Below, one piece after another: positions 40,386-52,900 of a DNA stretch of 64,000 nt. How positions within the stretch are numbered: position 1 is the stretch's first letter; each line of letters opens with the position of its first letter. The notes under the pieces were generated by a model. The model saw only the letters and a list, made by a program, of their open reading frames with translations, was not told the DNA's origin and made no database searches. This DNA is from Verrucomicrobiia bacterium (GTDB lineage Bacteria > Verrucomicrobiota > Verrucomicrobiia > JABWAM01), in NCBI GenBank assembly GCA_028687435.1, contig JAQUAF010000004.1:66344-130343 (forward strand), read 5' to 3'. A program made the translations under genes and the position numbers.

Positions 40386-40564
40386 TTAGAGTCGTCGGGA
40401 CGGGACCCCTTTTCCCAACCTGTCACGCCAAAGCCTCGGCGGCGGCGGATTGACAGTTGTCCGTCCCTTGCAAACGTCAATGTCATTTTTAACTCGATCT
40501 GAAACATTTTTCGGGAAATCCTCTCCCAAAACAGGGAGAAATGCCGGATAAGCTCTAAACCGTT

Positions 40565-43500
40565 ATGAAAAACGATACCCCTTTCAAGGCAAGCCGTTAT
40601 GCGCGGCTCTTGTGGAACGAATGGATGATGCAGCCGGACGATGACTGCTACAATATCGGCTTTGTCTATGAAATCACAGGGAAACTGGATGTGGAGCGTC
40701 TGAAAACCGCCCTGCAATGCTATATCAACCGGAACCCGCAGATCCGTTCCTCTTTCAGTGAAAAACAGGAAACCCTGTATCAAACCTTCCAAAGCCAAAT
40801 CAAGGATCCCATCGTTTGCCAGGATTGCTCGGGCCAAGGACAAGAGGAACTCGACGGTCTGATCCAAAAGCTCTGCGGGCAAAGCTTTGATCTCTCCCAT
40901 GCGCCGCTGTTTAAGTTTTCCATCCTTAAAGCCGATGACCACCGGCACTACTTGGCGTTGCGTTTTCACCACATCATCGTTGACGGGACCTCACTCGAAA
41001 AAATCCCCCTGTCGATTGCCGCATTGTATAACGCCACCGATCCATTGCTCCCCGGAGAAGTCGTCGGCGAACCGCCCCAACTGGGCGCTTATTTGGAATA
41101 TGAAGAGGCGCTTTTTAAGAAGTCATCCCTGCCGGAAGCTCTGGATTATTGGGAACAATTGCTTGGCGGCCGGAGCTTGTATGTCAATTTGTCGAAAAAA
41201 GAAAGCGCCCCCAAGAATCCTGATTTTTCAGTCAAAATCTTCAATTTCGATTTGGACCAGAAACTGACGAATCTGATTTCCAATTTGGCCCGGGAAAATT
41301 CCGCCACGGTTTTCCATGTCATGGCGGCGCTCTGGAGCGTTTTCCTGAAAAAATATTCCGGCCAGGAAAGCATTGCCTTTGTTTATCCTGTCGGAATGCG
41401 CCCCGGAAACATGATGGACATGGACGGTTATGCCGTGAACTCGCTGCCGATGGTCACGGATTATCGCGAAAATACGACATTCGTTTCTTTGGTCGGCCAA
41501 ATCAAGGAACAGCGGAAACTCGCCAAACGCCATCAATTCGCCCCTTTTGACGAGATCGTCAACCGATATAATAAAACGGCGCCTTCCAAATACGGCCAAC
41601 AATACAATAACTATCTGAACGCGGTCATCAGCCAATCCAACGAGTTGCTGGACTCGCCGATGGACTTGAAAGGGGTGCAGGTCAAAGCCATCCCCTCCTC
41701 AACCCTGTTCCATGCGGAAATGGGATTGATCTATCGCAAAGAACCTCAGACCCTTCATTGCCAGATCTGTTACAACCAGGCTTTGTTTGAAGATTTTGTT
41801 TACGCGTCGGCAGAAAAGGATTTTACGCGTTTGGCGGAAAGGTTGCTGGCCGATCCCCATCAAGAGGTTGACGCGGTGTCCCTTCTTGCCGAGGGCGACC
41901 GGCAACAAATCCTTTGCGACTGGAACAAAACAGACGTTCCCTTTTCCAAGGAAAAAACCATTTCCGCGCTTTTTGAAGAGCAGGTGGAACAAACACCGGA
42001 CAACCTTGCCGTGGTCTATGAAGGAAAAAGCCTGAGCTACCGGGCTCTCAATCAACAGGCCAATCAACTGGCCCATGCCATTCGGGGGAAATACCGGGAA
42101 TTCCATGGGAAAGAGATCCAAGGCGATACGCTGATCGGGTTTTATATGGAACGCGGCATGGAAATGATTGCCGGCATCCTGGCGATCCTGAAGGCCGGGG
42201 GCGCCTACGTGCCATTTGATCTCGCCGATCCTGAAGAAAGGTTGAAATTCAAGCTTGACGACAGCAATTGCAAAATGATCGTTGCCAGCGCGGAAACCCT
42301 TGAAAAATTGCAGCCGCTGACCGGCGCAAAAATTCCAACGATCAGCATCGACGCCGAGGCGCGCGAAATAGAAAAAAGACCGGCCTCCAACCCGGCGCCG
42401 GTGAATCATTCCAGAAACCTGGCCTGCCTGATCTATACGTCGGGATCGACCGGCCGCCCCAAAGGCGTGATGACCGAGCACTGCGGCGTGGTGAACTTCA
42501 TCGACTATCACCGGAAGAACTTCGTCCCCCTCAAAAAGCATCATCATGTCCTGCAAAGCATTTCCCTGAGTTTCGACGCCTCATGGACCGAATTGGCCCT
42601 CGGGCTTTTTACCGGCTCAACTCTGCATATCGTCAAGTCGATGGCGGAAATGACCGAAAAGCGGATGCTCCAATTTCTCAAGGACCATGAAATCAATGTT
42701 TTCATCTCGACTCCCGCGATGGTGGAAAACCTGTCCAAAAAAGACAGCGCCAGCCTGGAGATCATCATTTGCGGGGGCGAGGTCTGCGAGAAATCAATCA
42801 TGGATGACTGGAGCGACCGGGTCAAATTTTACAACGCCTACGGCCCGACGGAAGCAACGATCTGCGCCACCTATTCCGCGCATCGCCGGAGCAAATCCAA
42901 CCGGAATATCGGAAAGCCGTTGCAGAACAAAAAAGCTTATATCCTTGATGCCAGGCTTAACCCGGTTCCCAAGGGGCTGTGGGGTGAGTTGTATATCGGG
43001 GGAGAAGGCCTGGCCAGGGGCTATTGGAATCGGCCGGAATTGACCCGGGAACGGTTCATGGATGATCCCTTCGCCCCTGCCGCGGGATCGAAAATGTATA
43101 AAACGGGTGACATGGTCCGCTGGCTGGAAGATGGCAGCATCGAGTTTCAGGAAAGAAACGACGACCAGATCAAGATCAACGGCTTCCGGGTGGAACTGGG
43201 TGAAATTGAAAACAAGCTTGCGCAATGCCCCGCCCTCTCCCGCAATGTCGTGGTCTGCAGGGAACGGGCGGGAAGAAAATATCTGGCCGCCTATTATACA
43301 ACCCGCGACAAAATTGAACCCGACGCCTTGAAAAAGCACCTTGCCGGTTTGCTGCCGAATTACATGGTGCCGGGTTGTTTCCTCGAACTGCCCAGGCTTC
43401 CCCTGACTCCCAACGGCAAAATCGACAAAAAAGCGCTTCCCGATCCCCATTTCGAACCAGCCAAGGAAACCTATGCGCCGCCGGAAAACGCAATCCAACG

Positions 43501-46500
43501 GCAATTGTGTCAAACCATGAAGGAGGTGCTGGGATTGGATAAAATCGGAATAAGGGACGACTTCTTCGCCAACGGCGGGGATTCGATTGCCTGCCTGCGG
43601 CTGAGCGCGAAGTGCCGCGACAAGGGGCACGCCCTGAGCCCCAGGGATATCTTCGAAAAACGCACGGCGGAAAATCTTTCCCGCTTGATCCAGGAGAACA
43701 AGGGAAAAGGGGCGGCTCCGGATGATCAGGAGGACTTTTCGCAAACATGCCGGGATTTTCTTCCCGCCGGGCTTTTGGCGGAAATCCATCGCCGTTATGC
43801 CGTTGAGGAAATCCTTCCCGCAAACAGCCTGCAGCAGGGGTTTTTGTATCACCTATTGAGCCATCCGGGTGACGACGCCTATCACATCCAAATGCTGGCG
43901 GACTATCGGCAAGGGATTGACGTCACGAAATACGAACAGGCCTGGAAATACGCCGTAAAAAAATATCCCCCCATGCGGACTTGCTTCAATTGGAAGGAAG
44001 AAATCGTCCAAATCATCTGCCGGGATATCGATTTCAAGCTCAACTTTTCCGATGTTTCCAACCACGAAAATAAAGAGGCGGCCATTGATGAAATCCGCCA
44101 TGCCGATCGGAAAAAGGGTTTCGATCTCGCCCAACCGGGGCTTTTTAGGATTTATCTTGTCAAACAGGGCGAGAGCCATTACACGCTGTTAAAAAGCGAA
44201 CATCACAGCATCACCGACGGCTGGAGCAATTCCCTGCAGTTGAATTATGTCCATGCGGTTTACAAGCAACTCCTGAAAAATCAGTCTCCCCCAAACGAAC
44301 CCGACGAAGCCTACTGCGCCGCGCAAAAACACCTCTTTGTCAACCAGGATAAAGCGCAGGCTTATTGGAACGACCGGATCAAAAAAGCCGCTCCGGCCCA
44401 TGATATCCGCCCGCTCTTTTCGGCAAACCAAAATCCCGATGCCATGAAGAAAATCAGGGAACCCCGGGAATATTCCCTGCGGATAGACGGCGCCCCCTAT
44501 GATCTCATTAAAAAAGCGGGACTCAAGGCCGGGGCAACCCTGAATGTCCTCATTCAGTTCGCCTGGCACAAACTTCTCTCCCTCTATGGCGGCAACAGCC
44601 CGACCGTGGCGGGAACGGTTGTATCGGGAAGAGCCCTTCCCATCAAAGGCATCGAAAACAGCGTGGGTCTTTATGTCAATACGCTGCCGCTGATCGTTGA
44701 CTGGCGGGAAAAAACCGTGCAGGAGCAATTGAATCAAATTCATTCCGCCATGATGGAGATGGACGAACATAGTTCCATGAACATCGGCCAACTCCATCGG
44801 GGGGGGCATCGGCTTTTTCACAGCCTCTTCGTATTTGAAAACTACCCCCTGCCCGAGGAAGAAACCCCGGGGCCGGAAGCCCTTGAATTTACGCTGAGAA
44901 AAGCAGCCGGCAAACTCGATTTCCCCCTTTGTTTGGCGGTCTTTGAAAAGGATCATTCGCTTCTTCTCCAACTGAACTACGATGGCGCTTGTTTATTCCC
45001 GGAAGATGCCAGAAAGCTGATGTCCCAAATGGAGCTGATCATCAACGAAATCCCGGACAAACTCGGGGTTTCCCACCACGCAATCTCCGCTCTTTCCCCC
45101 CTGGATTACGAAAAAACGATTCATCTCTGGAACAAGACCGCCTTGGACTATGGGAGGGATCAAACGATTGCCGAAGCCTTCGAAGCCCAGGCGATGAAAA
45201 CCCCCGGGCAGACCGCCCTGGTCTTTGGCGGGGAAAAATTGACCTATCGGCAACTCAACCAACAGGCCAACCAAATCGCGGCCGCGCTCAAAAAAGATTA
45301 TCTCCAGAACTTCGGGGAAGCCATCAAACCCGGCGCCCTTGTCGGGCTTTACCTGGATCGCTCCGTCCAGATGATCGCCGCCATTCTCGGCATTCTCAAA
45401 GCCGGCGCCGCCTACGTTCCTTTTGACCGCGCCGATCCCGCCGGGCGGCTGCAATACAAAATCGAGGATTGCGCCTGCAAGATGATGCTGACCTCCTCGG
45501 CATGCGCGGCGGATCTGGCCTTTTTGCCGCCCGGACGTCCGGCACGCTGGGAGATCGACCGGCATACGACGGAAATCGCCGCCCAGCCGGATTCCAATCC
45601 GAACCGCATCAATCGCGCCACGGATCTGGCCTATGTCATCTATACCTCGGGTTCGACCGGCCAACCCAAAGGGGTGATGCTGGAGCACTACGGAGTGATC
45701 AACCTGGCGGCGTCCCACCGCCAAAGTTTCAACATCGGGGAACAATCGACGATTTTGCAATTTGCGCCGGTGAGTTTCGACGCCTCGGTCTCGACGCTGT
45801 TCACCACGCTGCTCAACGGCGGCACGCTTTGCCTTTGCCCGGAAGAGACGAGGAAAGACACGCAAAAATTGGGTGAACTGATCGTCCAGAACCGGGTGAC
45901 CCTGATCGATATTCCAGCCAGGTTGCTGGAGGTTTTCCCCCGGGATCTCGACCTGTCGCATTTGCGTTGCATCATCACGGCCGGGGAGGTCTGCGACCAA
46001 AAGACCATGGACTACTGGAGCGGCAAAGTGAGGTTGATCAACGCCTACGGGCCAACGGAAGGCGCCGTCTGCGCGACCTTTTCGATCCATGCGAAAGGGA
46101 AAAGCAACAAGAACATCGGCAAACCGATTGGAAACAAGAAAGTTTATGTTTTGAACAGCGACCTCACCCCCCTGCCGGTGGGGGCGCCCGGGGAGTTGTA
46201 CCTTGGCGGGGACGGACTGGCGCGGGGTTATCTGAACCGGCCGGAGATCACGCGGGAGCGTTTTATGGCAAATCCCTTTCTAAAGGAAGGCGGACCCACG
46301 CTGCGTGAGGCGAGGATTTACAAGACCGGGGATCTGGTGCGCTGGCTGGACAACGGCGAGCTGGAATTCTTGGGACGAAACGACGACCAGGTGAAAATTC
46401 ACGGCTACCGGATTGAACTCGGGGAAATCGAACAACGGCTGCTGTCGTATCCCGGGATCTCGGGCGGCGCGGCAAAAATTCAGGACTGGAAAGGCGCCCC

Positions 46501-46960
46501 CTGTCTCTGCGCCTACTATTCAGTGTCTAAAAAAGTTTTGCCGGAAGAACTGAAAAAACATCTTTCCGCTGCGTTGCCGGATTACATGATCCCTTCGCAT
46601 TGGATGGAGTTGCCAAGCCTCCCGTTGACCGTTTCGGGAAAAATCGACCGGCACGCACTGCCGGTCCCCGAGTTAAAAACGGTTGATGCCCCATGCATCC
46701 CACCCCGCAACGAACTGGAAGCGCGGCTCTGCGAATTGTGGCGGCAGATTCTGGGGCTGGAACGCCTCGGCATTCACGATGACTTTTTCAATTTGGGCGG
46801 CAATTCGATTGCCGCCATCAAACTGGTCAACAAGATGACCGGCCTTTTGGGCGCGGAGATCTCCATCGCCGAGCTCTACCAAAAACGAACCATCGCAAAT
46901 TTTAATTTTGCCGAACAACCGGCCCAAAATAAAATCGAAGGCGAAGAAATCGAACTATGA
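40565..46960 (+). CDS. Non-ribosomal peptide synthetase, two modules (C(starter)-A-T-C-A-T)
   Basis: 2131 aa. C motifs HHIIVDGTS and HHSITDGWS. A-domain cores LIYTSGSTGRPKGV and VIYTSGSTGQPKGV, plus NGK and YKTGD motifs. T domains FFANGGDSIA and FFNLGGNSIA. The stop overlaps the next NRPS start (ATGA). Confidence 0.92.
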   Translation: MKNDTPFKASRYARLLWNEWMMQPDDDCYNIGFVYEITGKLDVERLKTALQCYINRNPQIRSSFSEKQETLYQTFQSQIKDPIVCQDCSGQGQEELDGLIQKLCGQSFDLSHAPLFKFSILKADDHRHYLALRFHHIIVDGTSLEKIPLSIAALYNATDPLLPGEVVGEPPQLGAYLEYEEALFKKSSLPEALDYWEQLLGGRSLYVNLSKKESAPKNPDFSVKIFNFDLDQKLTNLISNLARENSATVFHVMAALWSVFLKKYSGQESIAFVYPVGMRPGNMMDMDGYAVNSLPMVTDYRENTTFVSLVGQIKEQRKLAKRHQFAPFDEIVNRYNKTAPSKYGQQYNNYLNAVISQSNELLDSPMDLKGVQVKAIPSSTLFHAEMGLIYRKEPQTLHCQICYNQALFEDFVYASAEKDFTRLAERLLADPHQEVDAVSLLAEGDRQQILCDWNKTDVPFSKEKTISALFEEQVEQTPDNLAVVYEGKSLSYRALNQQANQLAHAIRGKYREFHGKEIQGDTLIGFYMERGMEMIAGILAILKAGGAYVPFDLADPEERLKFKLDDSNCKMIVASAETLEKLQPLTGAKIPTISIDAEAREIEKRPASNPAPVNHSRNLACLIYTSGSTGRPKGVMTEHCGVVNFIDYHRKNFVPLKKHHHVLQSISLSFDASWTELALGLFTGSTLHIVKSMAEMTEKRMLQFLKDHEINVFISTPAMVENLSKKDSASLEIIICGGEVCEKSIMDDWSDRVKFYNAYGPTEATICATYSAHRRSKSNRNIGKPLQNKKAYILDARLNPVPKGLWGELYIGGEGLARGYWNRPELTRERFMDDPFAPAAGSKMYKTGDMVRWLEDGSIEFQERNDDQIKINGFRVELGEIENKLAQCPALSRNVVVCRERAGRKYLAAYYTTRDKIEPDALKKHLAGLLPNYMVPGCFLELPRLPLTPNGKIDKKALPDPHFEPAKETYAPPENAIQRQLCQTMKEVLGLDKIGIRDDFFANGGDSIACLRLSAKCRDKGHALSPRDIFEKRTAENLSRLIQENKGKGAAPDDQEDFSQTCRDFLPAGLLAEIHRRYAVEEILPANSLQQGFLYHLLSHPGDDAYHIQMLADYRQGIDVTKYEQAWKYAVKKYPPMRTCFNWKEEIVQIICRDIDFKLNFSDVSNHENKEAAIDEIRHADRKKGFDLAQPGLFRIYLVKQGESHYTLLKSEHHSITDGWSNSLQLNYVHAVYKQLLKNQSPPNEPDEAYCAAQKHLFVNQDKAQAYWNDRIKKAAPAHDIRPLFSANQNPDAMKKIREPREYSLRIDGAPYDLIKKAGLKAGATLNVLIQFAWHKLLSLYGGNSPTVAGTVVSGRALPIKGIENSVGLYVNTLPLIVDWREKTVQEQLNQIHSAMMEMDEHSSMNIGQLHRGGHRLFHSLFVFENYPLPEEETPGPEALEFTLRKAAGKLDFPLCLAVFEKDHSLLLQLNYDGACLFPEDARKLMSQMELIINEIPDKLGVSHHAISALSPLDYEKTIHLWNKTALDYGRDQTIAEAFEAQAMKTPGQTALVFGGEKLTYRQLNQQANQIAAALKKDYLQNFGEAIKPGALVGLYLDRSVQMIAAILGILKAGAAYVPFDRADPAGRLQYKIEDCACKMMLTSSACAADLAFLPPGRPARWEIDRHTTEIAAQPDSNPNRINRATDLAYVIYTSGSTGQPKGVMLEHYGVINLAASHRQSFNIGEQSTILQFAPVSFDASVSTLFTTLLNGGTLCLCPEETRKDTQKLGELIVQNRVTLIDIPARLLEVFPRDLDLSHLRCIITAGEVCDQKTMDYWSGKVRLINAYGPTEGAVCATFSIHAKGKSNKNIGKPIGNKKVYVLNSDLTPLPVGAPGELYLGGDGLARGYLNRPEITRERFMANPFLKEGGPTLREARIYKTGDLVRWLDNGELEFLGRNDDQVKIHGYRIELGEIEQRLLSYPGISGGAAKIQDWKGAPCLCAYYSVSKKVLPEELKKHLSAALPDYMIPSHWMELPSLPLTVSGKIDRHALPVPELKTVDAPCIPPRNELEARLCELWRQILGLERLGIHDDFFNLGGNSIAAIKLVNKMTGLLGAEISIAELYQKRTIANFNFAEQPAQNKIEGEEIEL
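45128..46440. repeat. 1313-bp near-identical direct repeat (copy 1) covering the adenylation domain of NRPS1 module 2
   Basis: Identical to 51646..52958 at a constant offset of 6518 nt with 2 mismatches. The antisense ORF translations in the track are identical between the copies. Confidence 0.9.
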
Positions 46961-49900
46961 ATATCCTTGGACTTTTTCGGGACCTGAAAAAGCGGAACAT
47001 CTCCCTGTGGTGCGAGGCTGGCAAGCTGAAGGCTTTTCTCCCCAAAGGCGGATCCCTTGCCGCCGGGGAAAAGGGTTTTATCGATGAGAACAAACCGGAA
47101 ATTCTCCGGATCTTGCAGGAGAACGGAATCCAGGCAAAGGAGGATTTTCCCGGCCGCGAGATTTACCGGAATGTCCTTGCCAAGGGCAACTGGGGGCTGT
47201 CCTATGCCCAGGAACGGTTATGGTTTCTGGAGCAGTATGAAGGAGGAAGCTCGGCCTACAACGTCCCGCTCCTGCTCGATCTTGGCGCCGGCGTTGATCT
47301 TCCGGCTTTTAAGCAGAGCGTTGAGCGTGTGGCTGCACGTCACGAAGTCCTGCGGACGGTTTTCAGGAAAGACAGCGCCGGCAACGACTATCAATGCATC
47401 CTTCCCGGGACGCCGGCGATCCATGAAGAACGTCTTTTGGAAAAAGATCTCCCCGCCCGGTTGAAACAAAACATCAACTCCGTTTTTGATCTGGTCCATG
47501 AAGGCCCCTTGAAAGTCTGGCTCTTGCGCACCGAGCGCACGGTGTATGCCTTGATCAATCTGCATCATCTCGCCGTTGACGGTTGGTCCATGGGGATCCT
47601 GACCGCCGAACTGGAAAATTTTTACCAGGCCGGCATGGAAAACAGGGAGCCGAAACTGGCGGGACTCGACATTCAATACAAGGATTTTTCCTTGTGGCAA
47701 AAGGATTGTCTCTCGGGCGAAGAACTCGCCCGCAACCTTGCGTTCTGGAAAAAGCGTCTGGAGGGATATGAACCGTTGGATTTTCCGACGGATTTTCCAC
47801 GCCCCTCCCGTGTGGATTACGCCGGTGAATACGTTCCCTTTGAACTCGACGAGAAACTTTCCGTGTCGCTGAAGAAGCTGGCCGCCCAAAAAGGAACGAC
47901 TCTTTACGTCGTTTTGTTGTCCGCTTTTTACCTGCTGCTGCATAAATACACCGCTCAGAGTTCCCTGGTCGTGGGAACGGTGGCCGCGAACCGAAACCAT
48001 AAACAACTCGAAAATCTGATCGGTTTTTTTGTCAACAGCCTTGTCCTGAACATACAGATCGATCGGGAATCAACCTTTGACCGCCTGATCGACCAGGTCA
48101 AAAGCCTCCTGGTGGATGGGCAAACGTTTCAAGAGCTTCCTTTTGAGAAACTCGTTGAGCTTCTGAAATTGGAACACGACCCATCCCGTCACCCGATTTT
48201 CCAGATTATGTTTGGCGGAATGGGTTTTGGTGAAAACAAGCAAAGATTGTTCAGGGAAGTCCCGCTGGACAGCCATTATAAGCCCGCCAAATTCGATTTG
48301 AGCCTCTTTATCGATGAGCGCGATTCTGCGCTAAAGGGAACCTTCAATTATCGGGTGGCGCTTTTTAAGGAGGAAACCATCCGCCGGTTGAAGGATCATT
48401 TTGTCAACATCCTTGGCCAGATCGCCAAAAACAGCGCCGTCCCGATCAAGGAGATCAGCTTTCTTTCCAACCGTGAATACGAAACGCTGATTTACGAGTG
48501 GAACAAAACCGACGCAGCTTATCCGCAGAGCAGGACCATCATCGAACTTTTTGAGGAGCAAGCAAAAGAAAACCCCGATCAGCCAGCCATTCTTTGCCAG
48601 GGGGAATGCTTAACCTATCGGGAACTGAATGAAAAGACGAACCAACTGGCCCATACCATCCGCAAAGTCTTTCATGAATTTAACGGGACGCCCATTGCCG
48701 GCGATACGCTCATTGGAATCTATATCGACCGTTCGGTTGAAATGGCGCTGGCCATTCTCGGCATCTTAAAGGCCGGGGCCGCCTATGTCCCATTTGATTC
48801 GGCGGACCCGCAGGACCGGCTTAAATTCAAAGTCAATGACTGCGGTTGCAAAATGGTGCTGACCACCGCGAACAACCTGGAAGACCTGGTGTTTCTTGCC
48901 GAAACGGACACCATCCCCTTCTCGGTCGACGGGTACATGGATGAAATCCGGAAAGCGCCAACCAGCAACCCGGGCCGGGTCAATGGCCCGGAAAATCTGG
49001 CCTACATCATCTATACCTCGGGTTCCACGGGAAGGCCAAAGGGGGTCATGCTCGAACATCGCAGCGTCATCAATTACATTGAAAATTTCAAAAATGCCAC
49101 CGCCCCCGGAAAAAAAATCGTCGATCTGTCGAGCAGTCTCAGCTTTGACCTTACGGTGACAACCACGCTTGTCCCGCTGGCAACCGGAAGCACGATCGCC
49201 ATCTACCCGGGAAACTTGCAGGACATCGACGGCTACATGAAGCACCTGGCAGCCTGCGGCGTGACCTTTGTCAAAACCGTTCCCAGCCTGTTGTACCTGC
49301 TGCTGCAACGCGAAAAACCGGCCTCCCTTGCCGAAATATTCGTTGGTGGAGAAAAGCTCAAAAGGGAGTTGTTGGCCCATCGCGAAGGACTCACGATTTA
49401 TGACGAGTATGGCCCCACCGAAGCCACCGTGGGGACGACTCTCGCCAATGTTTTTCCGCTCAATCAAAACGGCATTGGCAAACCTTACCATCATTACAAG
49501 GTCTATATTCTGGACGCCGGCTTGAAACCGGTTCCCATCGGCGTCAAAGGCGAGCTTTTCATCGGCGGCGCCTGTCTGGCCAGGGGCTATTTTAACCGGC
49601 CGGAACTCACTCAAGAACGCTTTATTGCCAATCCGTTTGCCACGGCCGGGGAAAAACAAAAGGGATTAAACGCGAGGATCTATAAAACCGGCGATATCGT
49701 TCGCTGGCTGCCGGATGGCAACATCGAGTATCTCGGACGCAATGACGACCAGGTGAAAATCCGCGGTTTCCGGATCGAACTGGGGGAAATTGAGCAAAGG
49801 TTGTCCGAACATCCATCGATCGAACATTGCGCGGTCGTATGCAAAGAAGTGAACGCCAACAAGTATCTGATCGCCTATTATGTCGCTTCCCGGGAGTTGA

Positions 49901-52900
49901 CCTCCGACACTCTGCAAGATGACCTCAGCCGGATCCTTCCGGAGCATATGATCCCGTCCTGTTTTATCGCCCTGCCGGAAATGCCGCTGACCGTGAACGG
50001 GAAAGTCAACCATAAGGCCCTCCCCTCGCCTGATTTCAGGGGCGACGCCAACGACTTCCAACCTCCGCGCAATGATGCCGAGGCCCTCCTGTGCCGGCTG
50101 TGGAAAGAAATTTTGGGAATCGACAAAGTCGGCATCAACGACGATTTTTTCAAACTAGGCGGTCATTCCATCCTGGCCATCAAACTCTGCCATAGGATGA
50201 CCAAGGAACTGCAGCGGGAAATTCCAATTGCCGCGCTGTTTGAGAAAAAAACCATCAAGGGAATCTCCTCCGCCCTCCCGCTGTTCAAGCGTCTGGTTGC
50301 GATCAAGCATTATGCCGAAACCGAAGCCATCCTCTCCTTTGCCCAGGAACGCCTTTACTTTATCGAGGAGTATGAACGGGGCAGCAAGGCTTACAATATT
50401 CCGATCCTGCTGGAGCTCGACCCAAGCGTCGATCTGCGCGCATTGAGGGAATCGCTGCGGAGCATCGTCGATCGGCATGAAGTTTTGAGAACCGTTTTTG
50501 CGAAAAACGAGCAGGGAATCGTTTATCAGAAAGTCAAAACCGGCCCGCTGGAAATAGCGGAGATCAACGTGGCGGAGGCGGATTTCCCTCGGCAGGCAAG
50601 CGAACGCATCAATATCGCCTTTGACCTGCACCTCGAGTATCCAATACGGGCAACGCTGCTTTCCACCGATCGGCGAAGGTGTTTGCTGGTCAATATCCAT
50701 CACATCGCGTTTGACGGTTGGTCGGCGGATATTTTCTTGCGGGAACTGAACGCCTTTTACCGGCATCATCGCGAGGGCGTTCCCCACGGGCTTCCCCCCC
50801 TGGAAATCCAATACAAGGATTTTGCCCTCTGGCAACGGGATTGTCTTTCCGGGGAAAATCTGGAGCGGGAACTGGCTTACTGGAAAAACAATCTGCAAGA
50901 TTGCGAAACGCTGGAGCTTCCCGTTGACAAACCACGCCCCCCCGAAGTCGATTACCACGGCGATTATTTCGCATTCAATCTCGATGAGGATATTTCCCGT
51001 CAAGCGCGGCAATGCGCAAAAAAATATGGGACAACCCCTTACACAGTTTTTTTAAGCGCTTTTTACATCCTGCTTCACAAATACAGCGGCCAGAGCGATA
51101 TCGTCGTCGGCGCCCCCACAGCCAACCGGCATTATGCCCAACTGGAAAACCTCATCGGCTTTTTCGTGAATTCCACGCCCATGCGGTTCCGGCTGGCTCA
51201 GACGCCGGACATTAAAAGCCTGATGGAGAACACCGCGGCATCCCTGGCCGACATGCAGTCCCACCAGGATTTGCCATTCGAAAAACTGGTTGACCTCCTG
51301 GGCGTGCCCAAAGACCCGTCGCGACACCCGTTGATCCAGGTGATGTTCAGCGTGCAGAGCTTTGGATCCCTCGATCAAAAAAATGGGCCGGGCCTTTTCA
51401 AGAATATCGACACCACGGAGTCGTATAAAATCGCCAAATACGATTTAAGCCTCTTCATCGACGATTCCCAGGAAAGGTTTTCCTGCGGCTTTAACTACGC
51501 CACCAGCTTGTTCACGCGGGCCGCCATTGAAAGGATGGCCAGCCATTACAATGCCGTTTTGCGGGCCTTTTTATCGGGAGAAAATCGGCGGATCAAAGAC
51601 ATCAATCTCTTAACCGGTGACGAATTCGAGACGATCATCCGGAATTGGAACAAGACCGCCTTGGACTATGGGAGGGATCAAACGATTGCCGAAGCCTTCG
51701 AAGCCCAGGCGATGAAAACCCCCGGGCAGACCGCCCTGGTCTTTGGCGGGGAAAAATTGACCTATCGGCAACTCAACCAACAGGCCAACCAAATCGCGGC
51801 CGCGCTCAAAAAAGATTATCTCCAGAACTTCGGGGAAGCCATCAAACCCGGCGCCCTTGTCGGGCTTTACCTGGATCGCTCCGTCCAGATGATCGCCGCC
51901 ATTCTCGGCATTCTCAAAGCCGGCGCCGCCTACGTTCCTTTTGACCGCGCCGATCCCGCCGGGCGGCTGCAATACAAAATCGAGGATTGCGCCTGCAAGA
52001 TGATGCTGACCTCCTCGGCATGCGCGGCGGATCTGGCCTTTTTGCCGCCCGGACGTCCGGCACGCTGGGAGATCGACCGGCATACGACGGAAATCGCCGC
52101 CCAGCCGGATTCCAATCCGAACCGCATCAATCGCGCCACGGATCTGGCCTATGTCATCTATACCTCGGGTTCGACCGGCCAACCCAAAGGGGTGATGCTG
52201 GAGCACTACGGAGTGATCAACCTGGCGGCGTCCCACCGCCAAAGTTTCAACATCGGGGAACAATCGACGATTTTGCAATTTGCGCCGGTGAGTTTCGACG
52301 CCTCGGTCTCGACGCTGTTCACCACGCTGCTCAACGGCGGCACGCTTTGCCTTTGCCCGGAAGAGACGAGGAAAGACACGCAAAAATTGGGTGAACTGAT
52401 CGTCCAGAACCGGGTGACCCTGATCGATATTCCAGCCAGGTTGCTGGAGGTTTTCCCCCGGGATCTCGACCTGTCGCATTTGCGTTGCATCATCACGGCC
52501 GGGGAGGTCTGCGACCAAAAGACCATGGACTACTGGAGCGGCAAAGTGAGGTTGATCAACGCCTACGGGCCAACGGAAGGCGCCGTCTGCGCGACCTTTT
52601 CGATCCATGCGAAAGGGAAAAGCAACAAGAACATCGGCAAACCGATTGGAAACAAGAAAGTTTATGTTTTGAACAGCGACCTCACCCCCCTGCCGGTGGG
52701 GGCGCCCGGGGAGTTGTACCTTGGCGGGGACGGACTGGCGCGGGGTTATCTGAACCGGCCGGAGATCACGCGGGAGCGTTTTATGGCAAATCCCTTTCTA
52801 AAGGAAGGCGGACCCACGCCGCGTGAGGCGAGGATTTACAAGACCGGGGATCTGGTGCGCTGGCTGGACAACGGCGAGCTGGAATTCTTGGGACGAAACG

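Noticed and set aside
44993-46090. Long minus-strand ORFs inside the NRPS genes (e.g. 41699-42556, 42794-43852, 44189-44971, 44993-46090, 47218-48006, 48766-49659, 50155-51012, 51610-52608, 54103-54750)
   Set aside because: All are antisense to strongly supported NRPS domains. Pairs with identical translations simply mirror the 1.3-kb duplicated A-domain segment.
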